A stretch of DNA of 64,000 bases from Lama glama (Eukaryota). Both the position numbers and the translations under genes were made by a program. The stretch is from positions 40,054,001 through 40,118,000 of the forward strand of contig CM052817.1 in NCBI GenBank assembly GCA_028534125.1, read 5' to 3'. Under the pieces are notes generated by a model that saw only the letters and a list, made by a program, of their open reading frames with translations, searched no databases and was not told where the DNA came from. Below, in pieces: positions 1 through 11,950 of this stretch (position 1 is the stretch's first letter; each line of letters opens with the position of its first letter).

Positions 1-369
1 AAAAAATACCTATCAGCCAATTCCCTAGTGATAACCACCCAACATTCTATATAGCCTTTCCTGTCTTTTTCTAATGTTTGATTATTAAAAGGAAACGCAA
101 AAGAAAATCTGACTGAACATTTTTTTAAAGCATTTCCTGCAATGCCTCTTCTTCCCAGGCCTCAAATATGGGAAGCCATCACCCAAAACTATGGTTTCTA
201 TCATCTGTGTACTGAGGTTTGCGATACAGAAAAGACCTGGATCCTAGGATGTCTGGCGGTCTAAAGCAGCTCTGGGAAGGAAAGCCATTGCTTAAGTGGT
301 TTCCAGGGCTGGGCACTAGCCAGTGTCTGATGTGCACCAGCTCCAGCTGGCATCACGCATTGAGACCGC

Positions 370-500
370 GGTAGCGGGCGTGTTAGTGGGCACCTACTGC
401 GTGCGAGGCCTTGCGCTAGGCTTGTAAGATACGTCAGCGAACACAGCCCACAAAACTGTGCCCTTGTGGAGCTTACATTCCCGATTGGGAGCTTCCTGTT
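370..500 (-). mobile_element. L2 3'-end fragment
   Basis: gcacctactgcgtgcgaggccttgcgctagg...tgcccttgtggagcttacattc resembles the reverse-complement L2 tail. Confidence 0.55.
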
Positions 501-749
501 CCCCAAAAAAAGCTAACTATTGTAAAAAACGGTGAGCAACAGAAATGGCATTGCAATTTCTTTACTTGCTTCTTTGTGAAAGAACGAGTTTGTTTAGAGA
601 GTTGTGGTTGCTTTCCCGTTACGATGAAAAATAAGCCTGCGCACCACACGTAGAATCTGGAGCCCACCTCAGCGGGGCGAGGTGGGTGGGGGGCTGGGGT
701 GGTCGTTTCTGTCTTACCTCCCGATCAGTGAGCTGATCAGCCCACCTAT

Positions 750-1520
750 CTGATGATAACTTTAAAAAATGTATTATATATGCCTGGTGAGACTGGGCGA
801 CGGGTGCCGGGAGGGAGAGGCGCCCGACCCTGTCCCCGGTGCTCGAGCGCCACGGCACGACTGCCCGGCCGCTGCCGGTTCCCAGCAGGTCCGGTGCGTC
901 CGCGAGGTGCAGCCACCTTCAGCTGGCTGTCCCCCGCTTACGGCCGACCCTGCCCGCGGGCTCCGTGCTGGCTGCCCTGGAGAATTCGGGGGCAAATGGG
1001 ACCCTGTTCCAGCAGAGGAGACAGCCGGGTCCTGGGAGGCCGAAAGTGGGGACCAAGTGGAGAACACCTTCCGCGCCCGCAGGCCGCTCGCAGTCACCTT
1101 CCCGAGCGGTCGAGAGGTCGAGAGGTCAGCGCGGCTGAGAAGCCACACCCCGGCCCGCCCCGCACCCGCGGAGGCCACAACTCCCGCGTGCGCCGGAAGC
1201 GGGGGCGGCGGGCTCTCCGCCCTGAAGAGAACCACAGGCTGCGGAAGGGCAGGGAGGGAGGGAGGAAGGGTGTGATGGCTCGACCCAGCGTGACGCCCGC
1301 ATACCCTTCCGCACTCACCCTGCCCTGCTCTTGTCGCGGCCTCCTTGACCCTCCTCCCTGCGAGGGAGTCAGAGCACAGCCAGACGCAAGGTCATTCGCT
1401 CCAACACCTGAGGAGCCTACCCTTACCCTTCAAGATAGACTCCTCCCCGCTACATAGACACCCATAAATGACGCACCCCCGAAATGATCGCCCCCACCCC
1501 CGACCCTCCGGCTGTTTGTT
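750..1520. promoter_or_regulatory. PLAC8: CpG island, probable PLAC8 upstream promoter
   Basis: Very GC- and CpG-rich against an AT-rich background; GC boxes; TATA-like tattatata at 772-780; lies 8.5 kb upstream of the first coding exon. Confidence 0.75.
805..893 (+). other. PLAC8: Candidate PLAC8 first exon (5' end uncertain)
   Basis: Good donor CCG|GTGCGT at 893/894 inside the CpG island, downstream of a TATA-like element; no transcript evidence. Confidence 0.35.
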
Positions 1521-2004
1521 CACCTACTAGAACTTCCTTCCGCATTGTTTTCTGTGAGATTAACAGTGTTTAAACTTTTATTGTAATAGAGCAGTAAAAG
1601 GCCATTATGGCACCAATCAATCAATCAGAAATCAAAATCAAGCGCCACTTTAATGCATATAAAAGAACAAACAATACATTTTTAATCAGCTTCAACTATT
1701 CCGAATGCATTTTATGGTGTTTTACACAAAAAAGAAATTCTTTAGAATGGTTCCTAATAATTATAAGGGGGAAATGAAACCACAGTTCAAAAATCTTATT
1801 ATGGCTATATTTGCATTATATACTACTTGGGTTTAGGGATATATTTTTCTAGTGTTTGTAGCAGATTGCTTTTGTATTTTTCATTCTAAATCCTATGGGG
1901 CTCTTCTCTCCCCGAATTCTCTTTTATGTTTTGTTTTGTTATTTTTTTAGAAATAATTTTAGATTTATGAAAAATGTTGCAAAAATAGTACACAAAAAAA
2001 GACA

Positions 2005-2705
2005 AACAATAACAAATGCTGGCCAGGATGATGGAGCCCTATACAAAATGCAGCCGTTTTGGAAAACAGTTTGAAGCAGTTCTTCCAAACACTATACGTG
2101 ACCTTGGTGGTATAGTGCTTAGCATAGCTGCCTTCCAAAATACTAAGCATAAAGTTACCATTTTGACCCAGCAATGCCACTTCTAGGTGTACACCGAAGA
2201 GAAATGAAAATAAATGTTCGCACAAAAACTTGTACGCAGATACTAATAGGAGCATTATTCATAATAACCACAAAGTAGAAACAACCTGAATATCCATCAA
2301 CTGACGAAAGGATAAACATGAAATGGTGTATCCACAGAATGCAGTATGATTCAGCAGAAAAGTACTGATAAACACTACAGCATGGATTGTTGAAAATCTT
2401 AAAAACATGCTAACTGAAGGAAGTCAGTCACAAAAGACTATATTCTATGATTCCATTTGTATGAAATGTCTAGGATAAAGCAAAATAGTAGAGACAGAAA
2501 ACAGATTAAATGTGGTTTGGAGGTGGAGGTGAGAGGAAATGGGAGTGACTGCCAATGGATATGGCTTTTCTCTGGAGAATATGTGACACAATTAGATTAT
2601 GGGGATGGTTATACAGTTATACACTCTAGTCACTGAACTGTATCCATTTTAAATGAGTGAATTTTATGGTATGTAAAATATATCTCAATAAAGCTATTTT
2701 TAAAC
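2005..2705 (+). mobile_element. Old L1 (L1MB-like) ORF2 end and 3' UTR
   Basis: ttggaaaacagtttg, gacccagcaatgccacttctagg, tatctcaataaagct terminus. Confidence 0.8.
2101..2138 (+). pseudogene. Tailless 5'-half tRNA-Gly(TCC) retropseudogene inserted in L1
   Basis: accttggtggtatagtgcttagcatagctgccttccaa matches tRNA-Gly-TCC nt 1-38 as recalled (GCGTTGGTGGTATAGTGGTTAGCATAGCTGCCTTCCAA); ends at the anticodon loop; degenerate TSD cttccaaacactatacgt / cttccaaaatactaagcat. Confidence 0.8.
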
Positions 2706-2963
2706 TAGCACACAGCACACACACGCCTCACCTAGGTTTCCTGATTCTTAATGTTTTACATAACCATAGTACAAATATTGAAACCAGGAAATTAATGTTG
2801 ATAAACTACTAAAAACTAATCTATAGGTCTTGTTCAGATTTTACCAGTTGCCCCACTAATGTCCCGAGGAAGAGAAAAGCAGCCCTTGCCATCCCAGAGC
2901 TGGCCCAGTGCTGTGAGCTAGGCTTTGGTGTTGCTGCAAGTTGGCCGGGCACCCACGCTAAGC

Positions 2964-3445
2964 CTTTTTCTTTTTCTTTTTTTTTTTTTTCTGAGCTATA
3001 ATTGACATATAACACTATATTAGTTTCAGATGTACAATATAATGATTTGGTATATTGTGAAATGATCACCACAGTAAAACTAGTTAACATCCATCACCAC
3101 ACAGTTACAAATTATGTTTTCTTGTGATGAGAACTTTTAACATTTATTCTCTTAGCAACTTTCAAATAGACAATTTAGCATTATTAACTATAGTCACCAT
3201 GCGGTACATCACATCCCCAGGACTTACTTATTTCACAACAGGAAGTGTGGGCCTTTTGACCGTCTTCCCCCATTTCGCCCACTTTCCACCTCTCACCTCT
3301 GGCAACCACCAATCTGTTATCTGTAACCATGAGTTTGGCTTGCTTGTTTGTTTTAGATTCCACAAATAGGTGAGATCATTCTGTATTTGTCTTTCTCTTC
3401 TGACTTATTTAGCTTAGCATCATGCCCTCCACGTCCATCTGTGTC
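2964..3445 (-). mobile_element. L1 3' end (L1MA-like)
   Basis: Poly-T, then gagctataattgacatataacact...tgacttatttagcttagcat. Confidence 0.8.
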
Positions 3446-3474
3446 GTCCTTCTCACCTGGTCTTGGTGTTCTCT

Positions 3475-3760
3475 GGCACATGAAACAACCTCACAGAGTG
3501 TTAACATGAGATAAGGCTACACCGTGACCATGATGGATCAGAGTAACAACGCTAGCACTCCATAATCGTATTTGAACACAGATGAACTTTAATCATCATC
3601 CAAGCCACAAAATACCAAACATTTCCCTTTCCTGACTCACATGAGTGATTGCTAATATAACCTATTGCAGAGTTAGCCTTGCTCTAGTCAGCACCTCCTA
3701 TAGATAAGATTCATTAATATACCCAGTCATAGTATTGTGTCCACTTTCTAGAGCATGTCA
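3475..3760. mobile_element. ERV LTR fragment (subfamily uncertain)
   Basis: gtgaccatgatggatcag...tagataagattcattaatatacccagtcatag resembles old ERV1 LTRs. Confidence 0.45.
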
Positions 3761-4478
3761 AGATGTCCCATTATTGATAATATTAACTTTGATCATTTGA
3801 CTAAGATAGTGTCTGCCAGGTTTATTCAGTAGAAAGTTGCTGTTTTTCCCTTTGTAATTAGGAAGTAGTCTGTGGGGAGATACTTTGAGACCATGTAAAC
3901 ATCTTGTTTCTCATCATACTTTCAAAGTCTAATTTTTGCATCCATCCATCCAAATCTTGGTTTCTAAATACTGTTTTTCAAATTTTAAAAGCCCAAGTTC
4001 ATTGGAGAAATGGTTGATTAAAAGGCTGGGGCAGGGAAAGTACAAGATAAACCTGAAACATCTTGTGGGACCAAAAAATAAAACAGGGTGGATTAGAAGT
4101 GGGACCTCAGAACCAACTGGATGGCTCTTCCAATGCTACATCTGGAACAATTTGAGCAATGATGCAATTTTAATATTGTCTAGAGAAACTATCCATAATT
4201 CTATGCTGATATAAATAAAAGAATTTTTAAATGAGGGAGAAGGGGATAGTGCTTTCCTACAGTAGAATTCCCATTAATGAATGTGAGAGCGGGAAATACA
4301 AGATCACCATTTGACAAACCCACAGTAATCATTGTTATAGACCCTCTGGGCATGCTGTGCCTCCCTCCTTAGTAGAATAAATTCTTTAATTTTGTATGCC
4401 TCTCTGAGTAGAATTTCCACAGCTGTGTTGGAGTGGTCCTTAAAGACCCCACAAAGGGGATTTACTCCCCTATTTATA

Positions 4479-4483
<5 letters not shown>

Positions 4484-4525
<42 letters not shown>
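4484..4525. repeat. (TG)n microsatellite
   Basis: About 21 perfect TG units. Confidence 0.95.
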
Positions 4526-4528
<3 letters not shown>

Positions 4529-7150
4529 TGTGTAAATAACCATGAGTTCATACCTCTGATTCTAATGCAACAGGATTCATACTAGCTGTCCTCCTTTTCT
4601 TATTTGTAATTTCTTTCTCTGACAGTGCAGTCTCATTATCCACAATGTATTTACTTGTTCAAGCTAAATATATATACATATAATATATATAAGTATATAT
4701 ATAATATATATATAAATATATATATGGTACATATATATGTTTCAGAATTGCTAGTTTCTACCCCTGTGAGAAACAAGTTTACTAACTGAAGTACAATACT
4801 TACGTCAGTTATTTTTGTCTTCAGCTTTACATTATATATTCAAAATACTTTGCAAAGTTATTTAGTTTACCCTTTTCTTCCCCAGTCCCTTCCGTGTGGT
4901 TGTAATATTAATTGTAATACACTCAGCTCTGTTACTGTTTATATTGCACTTTCGACTCCTCCCGCGTTCTGATTGATTTTAGTGATCCATTGTGTGTTGA
5001 CTTGATACGTGAAATATTAGCATGGCCGGATGAGTCAGAGTCAAACGAAACGGCACACTGAGAGTAGTGTTGCCCCCACCCCTGCTACTCCATTTCCATT
5101 CTCTCATTCTTTCCGTCTCATTTACTTTGAACATAAGAAATTTCATTTGTTCCTGGTTCACTCTTCCTGTACTTCTTATTTCACAGCTGAACAGATATAG
5201 TATGTTTTCTTATATCCCTTTATTTCTTGTATAAAGGATTTCATACCATGGGCATTCTTTTGTACATTTTTTACCACTTATATATATCCTGGATGTCACT
5301 TCATGTTAGTTTATAGAGCTTATCCTCATTCTTTTCTTGGCAGCTCATTCTTTTCATAACACTGCATTGTGCGAGTGTACCATAGTTTATTCAACCTCTC
5401 TCCCATGTATTGTTTACAATTATTTCGTAAAAACAAGCAATGCTGCTATGAATAACCTCATGCATGTGTATTTTTGCATTGTTGGAGGTGTATCTTCAGG
5501 ATGAATTTCTAGGGGAGGGATTACTTGGTCAAATGGAAAGTGTTTACATAGTTTTGTTAGATATTGCCAAAGGTCCTCCCAGAATGGTCGTACCAGTTTG
5601 CATTCACACCAGCAATATTTTAGAGTGCCTGTTTCTCCACAGCCTTGCCAAAAGACTGTGTTGCCTTCTTTCTAATTTTTGCCAATCTAAGTGTTTAATT
5701 TATATGTATTTAATATTGAATGAATTTGAACATCTTTTTTACAGATCTATTTAAGGGTCATTTTCATGTCACATTTTTTGTGAATTATCTGTTCCTGCCT
5801 TTTTGTCATTTTTCTCAACCTTGGGGCTTTTAAATTTCTCTCATTTTAATGTTTTCTTAAAATACTTAATTCAAATTTAGTCCTTGTTTTCATTTTGTTC
5901 TTTTATAATCATTTTATTAAAACTTAGAAAAATATGTGGCATTTGCATACCACACTCACTACTGGGAAGGGAAATACCTAGAGCTATCTTCTAAAGGTGA
6001 TAATGTTTGATACAAACATTTAAAAGAACATTTTAAAGTTTCTTCCTTCTTTCTAAAAAAATAATAAAAATAAATTTGTTTTATCCTCATCCAAAAACAC
6101 TGAATGTTCTTCCCATGAGGCTGTTTGCTAGGACTCAGAGGACCATCTATAAAAGTAGACCTGGTTAATTTACAATTAGCTGTGATGAAACCTGCGGAGA
6201 TTTAGACATGTTTGAACCAACGCTGATGCATTTTCAGTTGTGTGGAGAAACACTCAAGATGTTGTTCTGTTTCATATGCTGCTCTCTTTTTGTCCTCAGG
6301 AACTACCAAACTAGCCAGGTGTCACTAAGCAATGCAATCAAGAAAGAAACCAGCTAACTCAAGAAATAGAAAAATTACAAAGTAATAGGGGACAGTGGAA
6401 GTTATCTGCTTGCTTTTGAAACTGTTCTATGAGGGGAATAATGTAAGAAAGCAAATAGTACAATCACATTGCCTGAGTATCTGGAGGCATTGTGTTTTCG
6501 ATTTTAGTATTTTTCTTTTGTGCTTTTTAAAACATGTCCTGAAATCAACTTACTTCATTAAAAAAATAAGAACTAAAAAGAAAAAACCAAAAAATGAAAA
6601 AAAAAAAACCAAAAGCAAAACAAACAAGCAAAAAACACCTATAGAAAAAAGAAATCTGAAGTGGAAATGTATTACACCTCAGTGTCTAGCACACTGTAAG
6701 TGAATCAAGCATAAAATAAGTATTTAATTTAACAAGGCAATAAAAAGTAGCTTCTGTGAGCCTAGCATTGAGCTTGGTGCTAAAGAAATAAATATAAAGA
6801 GAGGGTTCCAGTTCTCAAGGAGATCACAACACACCAATGGCAATGCCATCTGTATGTACTAAGTGTTCTGATGGAGTGGGGACTCTAAAGCTGAGGGGCA
6901 AAGGCAGGAGCAGGGACTGTGGAATGAGCCCGAGAAGGATTTGAATTTCACAATTCACTCAAAGTCTCTGAGCATCCATTTCCTCATCAACTCAAGATAA
7001 TAATTCCTACCTAATAGGGCTGTTGTAGGATTAAGTGGACAATGTGAGTCTACTAGTGCAGTGCCTGACATAGAGTAGAATCTCTGTGACTACAAGCTCA
7101 TACAATTGCCAATAAACGTTTGTGGAAATCATCAAAAGCAGCTCCTTACT

Positions 7151-7274
7151 GGGTGCGCAGGGTACAGCTTAGTGTTAGAGTGCATGCTTAGCAGGCACGA
7201 GGTCCTGGATTCAATCCTCTGTTAAAATAAATAAATAAATACCTAATTACCCCCAACACACACACACACACACA
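7151..7274 (+). mobile_element. Vic-1-type tRNA-Ala-derived SINE with (CA)n tail
   Basis: ggtacagcttagtgttagagtgcatgcttagcaggcacgaggtcctggattcaatcc...aaataaatacctaattacccc. Confidence 0.8.
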
Positions 7275-7780
7275 GTTCCTTGCTACATTTTTGTACATAA
7301 TTAGCCACTCTCCCTTATATTTATCTGATTTTTTTTAATGTTCATTAAACTCATCCCCAAGCTTTATCTCATTTAATGCTCTCAATAAGCATGAGAGGTG
7401 GATAGGTCAGAAACTATTTCCATTTTACAGATTAGTAAATGGAAATTTAAGTGAATAGTTAAATGACTAGTTAAATGACTAGGCTGTTCAATGACTAGTT
7501 CAAGATCACACAGTTTAGGAAACTAGAATTTGAGCAAAGATATTCTCATTCCAGATCAGATCAATGTTCCGTGACTCTGCAGTGCCTCTCATGATGAAGA
7601 GAAATTAGGACTAACCTAACAAAATGTACTTCATAATAATCTTTACTGGGGTACACTATAAGGGCTTGCCCCTAACACGTGTCAAGGGTCTGGCAAGTCA
7701 GCACTCACAGAGGGATACAGGCTCCAGGTAAATTTGAAGAGAAAAACCAACTTGGATGCAGAAAGATTGGAGAGGACTTC

Positions 7781-9122
7781 TGTGATATTGTGGTTTATAA
7801 TAGGAAATACATATTTGGTCTTCATTCCTGTTCATAGCACAGAGCTTCTAAAATCTTTGGAAATTCTTAAGAGGTAAGACTCATAAAGATGTCTTATTAT
7901 TCATAGCAAGCCCCTCTCAACTACAGAGGAGTTTATGCTAATGAAGTGACTTTTGGAAAGCCTTGAGGACTGGGGCTGGTTGCCAGGGAACCAACCTGTG
8001 ATTAGAGGTTTAGAGCTTTTAGCCCTACCTCCTAGTCTTCCAGGAAAGGGAAAGGAGTCAGAGATTGAGTTCAGTCACCAATGGCCAAGGAGTCAATCAA
8101 TCATGTCTATGTAATGAAGCCTCCATGAAAACCCTAAAGGACAGGGTTCAGAGAGCTTTTGTGTTGGTGTGCTGGGAGGGTGGCATACCCCAAACTCCAC
8201 AGGCTCTGAACCTCACCTTCAGTATCTGTCATCTGGCTGTTCATTTGTATCCTTCAATATCCTTTATAATATATCAATCATCCAGTAAGTAAACTTTTCC
8301 TGAGCTCTGTCAGCCACTTCAACAAATTAATCAAACCAGAGGAAGGGGTCATGGGAACCTCTGATCTAGTTGGTCAGAAGCACAGGTGATAACCTGGACT
8401 TACAATTGGCATCTGAAGTAGGGGAGGGAGAGCAGTTTTGTGGCACTGAGCACTTCGCTTGTGGAATCTGACACTATCTCCTATACACAGTTGTCGGAAT
8501 TGAGCTAAACTGTAGAACCACGTATGGTTGGACCCCCCCCCCCAACATGGCAGTTCTCTTCTCTCTGAACATCTCTTGCTCAACCAGCCTCTGCTTCACC
8601 TACACCCAACTCACATGACTGATCTTTCCTCTTAATCACATGCCTAATCAAATTCCTAAATTCTTATGTAATTGCCCCTGGCCCCAGCTAGAAAGTGTTC
8701 TAAGATTTGGATCAGAACACCTCCACCACCATGATAGCTTTTCAAAGAGGTGGTGAGGGGTATGCTCCTCTGCTGGTTTCCTTGGTAACCAATGAGCCAA
8801 CCTGGGGGCTAAGACTATTGCTATGTCCTGCCCACCACCCACTGCACATGGTGGGGCATCACTCCAAGACCTTTTTTCAGACATGTAAGCTCCCCCATCC
8901 ACTAAACTATTGATGTCTCTGTCACTAGCTCCGGGATCTTCTTTTTGATCTAGAGGCTAGGCAAGCACAGGGCTTGCAAGCCTATGGGGTGCAGCCCAAT
9001 GGACCCCCAGCAGGTGTTGCAGAATTGCTTAGTGTGCAAAAAGCTGCCACACGTTCAGTGATCACAAGTGAAGTAGAGTGTTCTGAGAGTAGACAGAAAA
9101 CAGGAGAGTTTTTTTCTTTACA
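7781..9122. mobile_element. MER21-like LTR interrupted by a nested LTR
   Basis: Starts tgtgatattgtggtttataataggaaatacatatttggtcttc, ends ttttctttaca; the element breaks at ~8511 and resumes at ~9001 (ggacccccagcaggtg). Confidence 0.7.
8511..9000 (+). mobile_element. Nested ERV-type LTR inside MER21
   Basis: ~490 bp block starting TG, with CCAAT (accaatgag) and a U5-like end, splitting the MER21-like LTR; no clean TSD seen. Confidence 0.5.
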
Positions 9123-9249
9123 ATCAGAAACAAGTCCATAAAAAAGGAAACATTAAAAAAAGGAGAAAGAGGGAGAAAGGTGTGTGTGCACAGAAACTTA
9201 GGATGGTGCAGTTTTAGAGAGTCTGTTTCCCTTATTTGCTACTTCTGGC

Positions 9250-9716
9250 TGTTGGTTAAAAAAAATACACAATGTGGGAGTTGAGAGTTAAGTTTTACTT
9301 GGGGCCAAATGAGGGCTATCGCCAGGGAGACAGCCTCTCAGATAGCTCTGAGGAAGTGCTCGGAAGAAGCAGGTGGGGAGGTCAGTATATGTGTGATTTT
9401 AGTGAAGAGGGATATGTGCAGTCAAGCACACATTTTGGCAGAAAGTTTCTGCTAGTCGTAAGGATCAGATGTCTTTGTTAATGATTTTAGTTCTTTTCTA
9501 GAAATGAGAAGATGCAAGAAATTGGGCTCATAAAATCTTCTGCAAATATCGAACTATCTGAAGCCCTGTTCTGCCAGTTTCCCCCAGAGCACAGAGTGTC
9601 TCATTCCTGATCTCCACCCTGAGCTCCCTTCAAGGTGTGTTGAAGGTCAGCCACTGCAGTAGCTAGAGACTTCATTCTTGTAGAGCCAAATGGCGAGTGA
9701 CAGGTTGTAGTTGGCA
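9250..9716 (-). mobile_element. ERV1 solo LTR, MER41-like (artiodactyl type)
   Basis: TG...CA termini; 4-bp TSD tggc (9246-9249 / 9717-9720); core gacagcctctcagatagctctgagg recalled from artiodactyl MER41-like LTRs. Confidence 0.7.
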
Positions 9717-10035
9717 TGGCCATAGGTGTCCTCATTTGTTTCCCTGTCTTGTGTGCAGACTAGGCACCTGCTTAAAAACAGTACTTGCAACCGTGTTACA
9801 TTCCCTGTACTTCTAGGGGAGCATTTTTACCTTTTACCACTTCAGTGAATCTCTTCCCCCAGGGAACGCTGCAGAAATTATGTTCTTCAGGGACTAACAA
9901 GCCACTTGATCTAAATCTCCTTACTTGCCTACAAAGCAGAGTGCCTCAAAACAGGCTTCCAAGAGCAACCTCCAGGCTACTGACACTAATTTTTTTTCCT
10001 TTCAGATCACAGCTACTGAAGATTCGGTATCCAAA

Positions 10036-10147
10036 ATGCAAGCTGCATCCCCAGTGGTCATTGTGACTCAGCCTACAAGTGGTCCAGTACTTCCAACCTC
10101 CAACTGGCAGACGGGCATGTGTGACTGCTTCAGCGACTGCGGGGTCT
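10036..10147 (+). CDS. PLAC8: PLAC8 (placenta-associated 8 / onzin) first coding exon; exon starts at 10006
   Basis: Acceptor tttcctttcag|10006; aaaATGc; MQAASPVVIVTQPTSGPVLPTSNWQTGMCDCFSDCGV; donor T|GTAAGT, phase 1. Confidence 0.95.
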
Positions 10148-11950
10148 GTAAGTGCTGGGAAAAGGGCCCCGGTAACTGACATGGAGGCAAATTAACAAAA
10201 ACCAAATCCTCCCCTCATTCCTCCCTTATCATGTAATAAAAGTTCCTGACCTACTCCTCCAGGGCACCCTGCATGTCAGGCAACGCTTTATTAACAGAAA
10301 ATGCCTGTACTGAGTATAAGGTAATTCTTCTCCTTCCTTCAAAGAATACTTTTATCCTTAAAAAATAAGTGCTGGGTTAAAATAACAGTGTAAAAGCAAA
10401 TGACTCTAACCATGCACAAGCTTGGCCTAATGATTTTAAGTTGACTGTGCATTATATAGAAGAGATGTTTCAAGCTTAACTTGATTTTTTTTTTAAAAAA
10501 GGCTACTCTTGTTACACTTAAATTCAACTCCTTATATTATAGTTCCATTGTGTCCAGTACACAAGGGATAATTTTCATCCATGGTTTCAGCATGAGCTCA
10601 GAGAAGAACTATTTTAATTTAGGGCTTTTAGGCTTTTTATACACATAAGAACAAAGAATTTTAAAGGCAATTAACTTCTCATTGGGTAAAATATCTCTGA
10701 CTCTGTTTTTTGTTTTGCTTCATTTCATTTTCTGATGTCTAAGTGACTTTCTGAGAAAAGGAAGTTTGAGGGTGAGATGAAAGTGTCAGAGGTCAAATGC
10801 GTGGTTCTCAACACCAAGCAAGAAACAAACAAACCTACCGACCAAAAAAAAGTTTGCTCTGAGATTTTTTTTGCCTGTTTCAAATCTACACCATGTTCTG
10901 AGACAGGGAAGAAAATCTTGTTAACCTTTAACTTAGCAGTGAAATTGAAATTCGGAATCAAGTTAATAATTACATTGCAAAGCATAGAAGGAAAGGGTTA
11001 CCCGGGAAATGGAACAACTGGGTTTGTTGATTTGCTCTCATTGTCTTACTGGAGACCTGGAGTCATGAGTTACACTTCTCAGGACATTAGTTCAACATCT
11101 GCAAATCATAGTGATAATGAGACTACAAAACTGAAACCTTCTAAAGAGGAACACTTTAATCCTCCAAACCCTAGTATTGTTCCTCAAGTAAGTGAATTAC
11201 ATGTTCTAATATGAACTTAATAGTTTCATGGCAGGATTCCTTAATTATAGATCTGACCACATCATTCTTTCTTTTTAAGATATTTCAGAGGTTCCTTATG
11301 ACTTTCATGACCCACTCTGAGGTCTCATACTTCTTCACTGTCCTGTCCCAACCTGCCTTGTCTTCTAGCCTCATCCCCATCCCATCCCTGGGCTCCAGCC
11401 ATGTTGAATGAAGACCAGTCATTGCCAAGACATGCAGGTTATCTCAAAGAGGCTTTTTTCCCTTTTCTCTACCTGTATAATCCCTAATCTTCCTTCAATA
11501 TTCAGATCAAGCAATCTTTTCTTCCCACAGCCTAGGAGACCCCATTTCTGTGGGTGACACCTAGGTGTCTTGAGTAGTTCTGCTGGAGAACTTTTCATAT
11601 TATGTGACTTCCCTACTAGACTTCAGACAGAGGCATTGTCAGCACTGAGGACAATCTTTGGAACATGGCTAGGATTCAGTGAATCATTCAATATGTATTT
11701 GAAGGCGTTCCTACAAAAAGAATACAGACTTTCCAAGGTGCTGTCACTCCTAAAATGATTAGATGGGGAGAAGGGAGAAGCTAATGCAATGTTGAACAAA
11801 GTAGTGCTGATTAACTTGGCAGCAAGGTATGTGCAAATCCCCAGGATGTGGGCTGCCATTCATGAAGGCAAACTAACTTTCGACTGCGTTGGGGGCGGGG
11901 GAAGCAGGGGCAGAGTGGAGTCATTTGCGCCTCTGCCTTCATGTGTTCAG

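Noticed and set aside
753..1457. Overlapping long ORFs (234, 168 and 153 aa) as stand-alone genes
   Set aside because: Low-complexity Arg/Pro/Gly products of stop-poor CpG-island DNA, open on both strands
7456..7500. Tandem tagttaaatgac duplication (similar 15-bp duplication near 54966-54995)
   Set aside because: Ordinary slippage micro-duplications, not an array
10777..11214. 145-aa intronic ORF in PLAC8
   Set aside because: No recognisable homology or fitting splice sites, and the PLAC8 CDS is complete without it
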